From Octopus sinensis (lineage: Eukaryota): a stretch of DNA of 64,000 nt. Within the stretch, counting starts at the first letter, position 1; the number at the start of each line of letters is the position of its first letter. Shown here in pieces: positions 62,956 to 64,000 of this stretch. The stretch spans positions 95,480,001-95,544,000 of the forward strand of contig NC_043005.1 of assembly GCF_006345805.1 (NCBI RefSeq), in the 5' to 3' direction. The position numbers and the translations under genes were made by a program. Below the pieces are notes generated by a model. The model was not told the DNA's origin. It searched no databases and saw only the letters and a list, made by a program, of their open reading frames with translations.

Positions 62956-64000
62956 TAAAAGTGACTGAAGTTTTCATGTATATTACATTGCGAAAGGCTT
63001 AATAAAAGTGACCGAAGGAAATTACCCAGAGACCCCTGCTGCTCGAGAATTTAGCCGTAAAACGAGATGCTATTTAATGCCACTCCAATTGAGGCCAGCT
63101 TATGCCGTCGCAAGAAGCATTGATATCAGAGCTTCTTGAACTTTTCTTGGTGGCGATACACTTTAAAAATAGAATTTTTCGTGACACGTTTTGTTAAGAA
63201 CTCGAAATAGATAACTATCAATCACATCACCAGTCACGTGTCTATTTGTTGGATCACAAATATATTTTCACAACCAACATATAAATACGTATAAGTGTGT
63301 GTGTGTGTGTTTTTTTTGTTTTTTTTCTTGCAGATTTATTGAAATTCATTTTTCCTTATAGAATTCGGTACTTTTTGGTTATCTCACCCCCATTAAAAAA
63401 TTGCCATTAAAAAACTGGGTTATCTCCCCACTAAAAAACTGAGTTTATGTGGCGACAAGAGATTGGATTAAAAGAATTAGATCCTTTTGATTCACTACTT
63501 CAGCACATTGTTGACGTTCAGCTTCCTCAATAGGAATGGAATAGTTTGTTATAAGAATGTTATCAGATTCAGTGAGATGTTTAATGTTTCTGCTTTTCAT
63601 GTTTATTTTTTTTTTTTTTTTTTTTTTGGTTTTATTGAGGGTTAAACAATTTTTTAGTTAGGGGAGAATTAGTAAAATTTGAATGTCCAAGAATTAGTAA
63701 AATTTGAATCAGCAGTGGAAGGAATTACGCGTTTTATAGCTGTTTTTATTTTTATTTTAAAGCATAAACTTATAGAATTCATAATGTTCATAGTTTGGGG
63801 TTGTTTAAAGTGTAACAGTCGAGCTCGATTCATTACATTAAATATTTCAATTATATCTTCGATTTCGATCCATACTTATGCTTATTGGAAGCGTAACACT
63901 TGAACTTCATTATCCTAAGCATTCCGAATATGTCTTTTGTTTGGTTCCATAATTACGCCTTTTAAAAAGCTAAACACATAAACTAGTTTCGTTATGTTAA

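Overview
AT-rich, microsatellite-dense eukaryotic genomic DNA. The repeat content (tRNA-derived SINEs resembling the octopus OR/OK families, long (TA)n/(TACA)n/(CA)n tracts) suggests an octopod cephalopod; this is an inference. Only one host coding exon is supportable: the first coding exon of a Polo-like kinase (PLK2/3-like, + strand, 43074-43307), followed by an intron that appears to run past the window end. The rest is transposon debris: Penelope-like elements (PLE; RT plus GIY-YIG), a CR1/L2-group LINE, an RTE LINE with an inverted 5' part and three C2H2-like fingers, an R4/Dong-type RLE remnant abutting (TAA)n, mariner, Tc1, pogo/Tigger and probable Chapaev3 transposase remnants, hAT, piggyBac, Merlin-type and mariner MITEs, four long foldback hairpins and many SINEs. 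The main unannotated signal is about 12 minimal type-I hammerhead ribozyme motifs with palindromic stem III. They include recurrent non-canonical cores (U3:A8 covariant, U4C, A6U), a 354-bp terminally redundant retrozyme-like unit, and a tandem pair that would release an approximately 210-nt RNA. Most ORF-track entries are microsatellite artefacts. All assignments were made by eye with no database searches.
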